Assembly: GCA_963738405.1 (NCBI GenBank) | Contig: CAVTWJ010000023.1 | Coordinates: 224,001 to 288,000 of the forward strand | Direction of reading: 5' to 3' | Origin: a candidate division FCPU426 bacterium | GTDB lineage: Bacteria > Oederibacteriota > Muellerivitia > Muellerivitales > Muellerivitaceae | Length of the DNA: 64,000 nucleotides | Notes under the pieces: model-generated | The model's input: only the letters and a program-made list of their open reading frames with translations | Told to the model about the DNA's origin: nothing | Database searches by the model: none | Made by a program: the position numbers and the translations under genes | In this document: positions 61,722 through 64,000 of the stretch, piece by piece | Numbering within the stretch: position 1 is the stretch's first letter | Layout of the letters: each line of letters begins with the position of its first letter

Positions 61722-62068
61722 ACAGGGGTGAGGTTTGGGTAGCCAACCTAAGCCCCGCCCAAGGCGGTGAAGTGGGTAAGACCCGGCCGGTGCTGGTTCT
61801 TCAAGATAACGCCCTAACCCGTGAAGGGGCTGAAACCATCGTCATCCTTCCTCTGACCTCGCAGGTCCGGCCCGAAATTCAGCACCTGCGGATGACCCTG
61901 CCTGCCCGGGGCCGCCTCTTACGGGACAGCCAAGTGATCGTGGAAAAGCCCATGACCCTGGACCGGCTCCGCCTGGTGGAAGGCCCCCTGGCCAGTTTGA
62001 CCACGGGTGAAATGGCGGCGGTGGAACGAACTCTCTTGGTGGTCTTAGGCCTGGCCCGGCTGACTTAG
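61709..62068 (+). CDS. PemK/MazF-family endoribonuclease toxin
   Basis: RGEVWVANL.P..G.E.GKTRPVLVLQ, PLTS, RL..PL. Confidence 0.92.
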   Translation: MVEINRGEVWVANLSPAQGGEVGKTRPVLVLQDNALTREGAETIVILPLTSQVRPEIQHLRMTLPARGRLLRDSQVIVEKPMTLDRLRLVEGPLASLTTGEMAAVERTLLVVLGLARLT

Positions 62069-62081
62069 AACTAGGGCAAGT

Positions 62082-63089
62082 TTATTTGGCCTGTTGCCAT
62101 TTTTTGACCCGAAGGATATGTTTCGCGATCTGGATATTCTTGTCATGTTCCTCAAGGGTCGTAGCGAACAGATGGGAACCATCTCCCTTGGCAACATAGT
62201 AGAGATAGGGTACCTGGGCAGGTTGAGCCACGGCTTCAAGGGAGGCGAAGCCTGGGTTGCAGATGGGCGTGGGGGGAAGTCCCCGTTTGAGATAAGTATT
62301 GTAGGGCGTCTTAACATCCAATTGTTTCTGGCTGAACCAGGGGTTCTTGCTGTTCAAGACATAGTTAAGGGTGGCATTCACCTGAAGCCGCATCTTTTGC
62401 CGGAGCCGGTTATACATCACCCCCGCAATGATCGGCCGTTCGGTATCAAGTTTCGCTTCCTTCTCGACAATCGAAGCCAAAATCACCCCCTGGTAAAGGG
62501 TCAGCCCCTGGGCCTTTAACTGGGCCTCGTAATCATCCCCCACTTCCTGCTGAAACTGGCGCACCAAAAGCCCCAAAAGATCCGGGATACTCGCACCCAC
62601 CGGAATGCGGTAGGTTTCGGGATATAGAAAACCCTCCAGGCTGAGGCCCTTGATCCCAAAACTTTTTAGGACGGCCGGGTCCTTGGCTCCGTTTAAAAAA
62701 TCGGCGGCTTTCGCGACTTTCAATCGTTCCAGCTCCATTCCAATCTGCTCGGCGGTATAGCCCTCGGGAATCTTGAGGGCCTGAAGTTCGCTTTTTCCCT
62801 CGGTCAAAACATTCAGCACTTCCCAAAAACTCATCCGGGGGTTCAAGCGGTAAAGACCCGCCTTGAGCTTGCGGTCCGCGCCGGTCAGTTTGGCGGCCAA
62901 GCGGAAGGGAGTTGAAAAGGCTAAGATTCCTTTTTCTTGAAGAAGGTCTGCAATTCCCCGCGCGGTCGATTTGGAATAAACCGCGATATCCATATCGGCT
63001 CCGGATCGGTAAAAGGGAGGAATAAAAAACAAGGTCCCGGCCAGGGCTAAAGCCGCAAAAAATATTCCGTACCATTTGAGGATTTTCAT
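62082..63089 (-). CDS. mltG: Endolytic transglycosylase MltG
   Basis: KAGLY, IPEG, LEGFLYPETY, LASIVEKE, PYNTY, GLPPTPI.NPG. Confidence 0.95.
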   Translation of the reverse strand: MKILKWYGIFFAALALAGTLFFIPPFYRSGADMDIAVYSKSTARGIADLLQEKGILAFSTPFRLAAKLTGADRKLKAGLYRLNPRMSFWEVLNVLTEGKSELQALKIPEGYTAEQIGMELERLKVAKAADFLNGAKDPAVLKSFGIKGLSLEGFLYPETYRIPVGASIPDLLGLLVRQFQQEVGDDYEAQLKAQGLTLYQGVILASIVEKEAKLDTERPIIAGVMYNRLRQKMRLQVNATLNYVLNSKNPWFSQKQLDVKTPYNTYLKRGLPPTPICNPGFASLEAVAQPAQVPYLYYVAKGDGSHLFATTLEEHDKNIQIAKHILRVKKWQQAK

Positions 63090-63520
63090 TTTTCCTCCAG
63101 GGGAGTCAGCGGGGCGCCCGCGAGAGCCGATTGCAAAAGCAGGGCTGCCGCCACCTTGTCGACTTTCCCTTTGCGATTCTCCCTGCGCACATCCCCCTCA
63201 ATCAAGGCCCTCTCGGCCTGCTTGCTGGAGAGGCGTTCATCGATGAAAACAACCGGAATGGTCAATCTTTGGGAGAGCTTATAGGCAAAATGCCGGACCA
63301 GTTCAGTGGTGGAGCTTTCGGTGCCGTTCATATTAAGGGGAAGACCCACAATGACCTGTGTCACCGCGTGCTCATTGACCAATGTCCCGATGGCCGCGAC
63401 ATCCTTTGAGGTTCCCGCGGATTTCAAAACCGCCAGGGGTTGGGCGGTATAACCTAGCGGGTCGGACAGGGCCAAGCCGATCCGGGCCTTTCCCCAATCA
63501 ATCGCGATCCATCGTTTCAA
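63086..63520 (-). CDS. ruvX: YqgF/RuvX pre-16S rRNA nuclease
   Basis: IDWG..RIGLALSD, VGLPLNM, DERLSS, VDKVAA; TTG start overlapping alaS stop. Confidence 0.95.
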   Translation of the reverse strand: MKRWIAIDWGKARIGLALSDPLGYTAQPLAVLKSAGTSKDVAAIGTLVNEHAVTQVIVGLPLNMNGTESSTTELVRHFAYKLSQRLTIPVVFIDERLSSKQAERALIEGDVRRENRKGKVDKVAAALLLQSALAGAPLTPLEEK

Positions 63521-64000
63521 GGAAGGGTCTTCTCAAGAAACAAAGCGGCTTGGCTCAAGGCCTCATCGACCTTGGAGGCATCTTTGCCGCCCGCCTGGGC
63601 GAAATCGGGCCTGCCGCCCCCGCCGCCGCCGGCCACTTTGGCTACTTCTTTCACCAGGTCCCCGGCCTTCACTTTAGAGATTAAATCCTTGGTAACACCA
63701 GCCACGAACCCCACGAAAGAGGGCGTTCCGCTTCCTAAAACGATAACGCCGCTTCCCAACTTGTCCTTGAGTTTATCCGCCAGTTCCCTCAAGCCGTCCG
63801 AATCCTGGTCGGCTCGAAACACTACCACCGGAACGCCCTTGATTTGCTTCTTTTGGGCCAAGGCTTCATCCACAAGGCCTCCGGCCAGCTTGGACTTCAA
63901 GGCGGTGATTTCCCGATCCTTTGATTTGATTTCATCCAGCAAGGACTGAATCTTCGGCTTTAGTTCGGTATCCGAGCTTTTCAAAAGGTGGGCGATTTCT
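63517..64000 (-). CDS. alaS: Alanyl-tRNA synthetase, C-terminal DHHA1 part (runs off window)
   Basis: KAGDLVK..GGGGGGRPDFAQAGG; frame open to window edge; alaS-ruvX-mltG synteny. Confidence 0.95.
   Translation of the reverse strand, partial: EIAHLLKSSDTELKPKIQSLLDEIKSKDREITALKSKLAGGLVDEALAQKKQIKGVPVVVFRADQDSDGLRELADKLKDKLGSGVIVLGSGTPSFVGFVAGVTKDLISKVKAGDLVKEVAKVAGGGGGGRPDFAQAGGKDASKVDEALSQAALFLEKTLP

Noticed and set aside
57910..62075. Prophage or integrated plasmid
   Set aside because: No integrase, replication, structural or parA genes and no flanking direct repeats seen
1..64000. tRNA, rRNA, tmRNA or SRP genes
   Set aside because: No intergenic region shows a recognisable cloverleaf or conserved motif by eye

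Overview
A 64-kb chromosomal segment from a diderm bacterium (Rho, BAM-type outer-membrane barrels); I cannot assign the lineage from sequence alone. Every gene from 1 to ~59.9 kb is on the minus strand. 1-24.8 kb holds the rpoBC-str-S10-spc-(alpha) translation superoperon, here preceded by rpmE-prfA-prmC rather than the usual rplKAJL block. 27-41 kb holds a LysM/M23 peptidase, rho, two tandem membrane GAF-GGDEF cyclases, coaE, folD, an HTH-REC regulator, yajC and three tandem paralogous beta-barrel OMPs behind a consensus sigma70 promoter and a ~255-nt structured leader. 41-58 kb holds GC-richer housekeeping genes (glmS, rsmA, pdxA, PIN-PhoH, rsmI, dusB, tsaD, ftsEX-envC-ctpA-yibQ, CDF transporter) with four copies of a 9-mer-periodic palindromic repeat. 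57.9-62.1 kb is a small accessory island containing an AT-rich UDG-fold gene coupled to a secreted protein, an orphan ParB-like CTPase and a RHH/PemK toxin-antitoxin pair; alaS-ruvX-mltG follow. The best candidate for an undescribed system is the orphan ParB. A perfect palindrome (TGTCCAGACTCTGGACA) lies inside its own coding sequence, and an identical 24-bp copy lies just upstream of the toxin-antitoxin promoter, suggesting a self-loading clamp regulon next to a putative anti-phage glycosylase. All functional links are inferred and no database searches were run. GC figures are hand counts of individual 60-nt lines.
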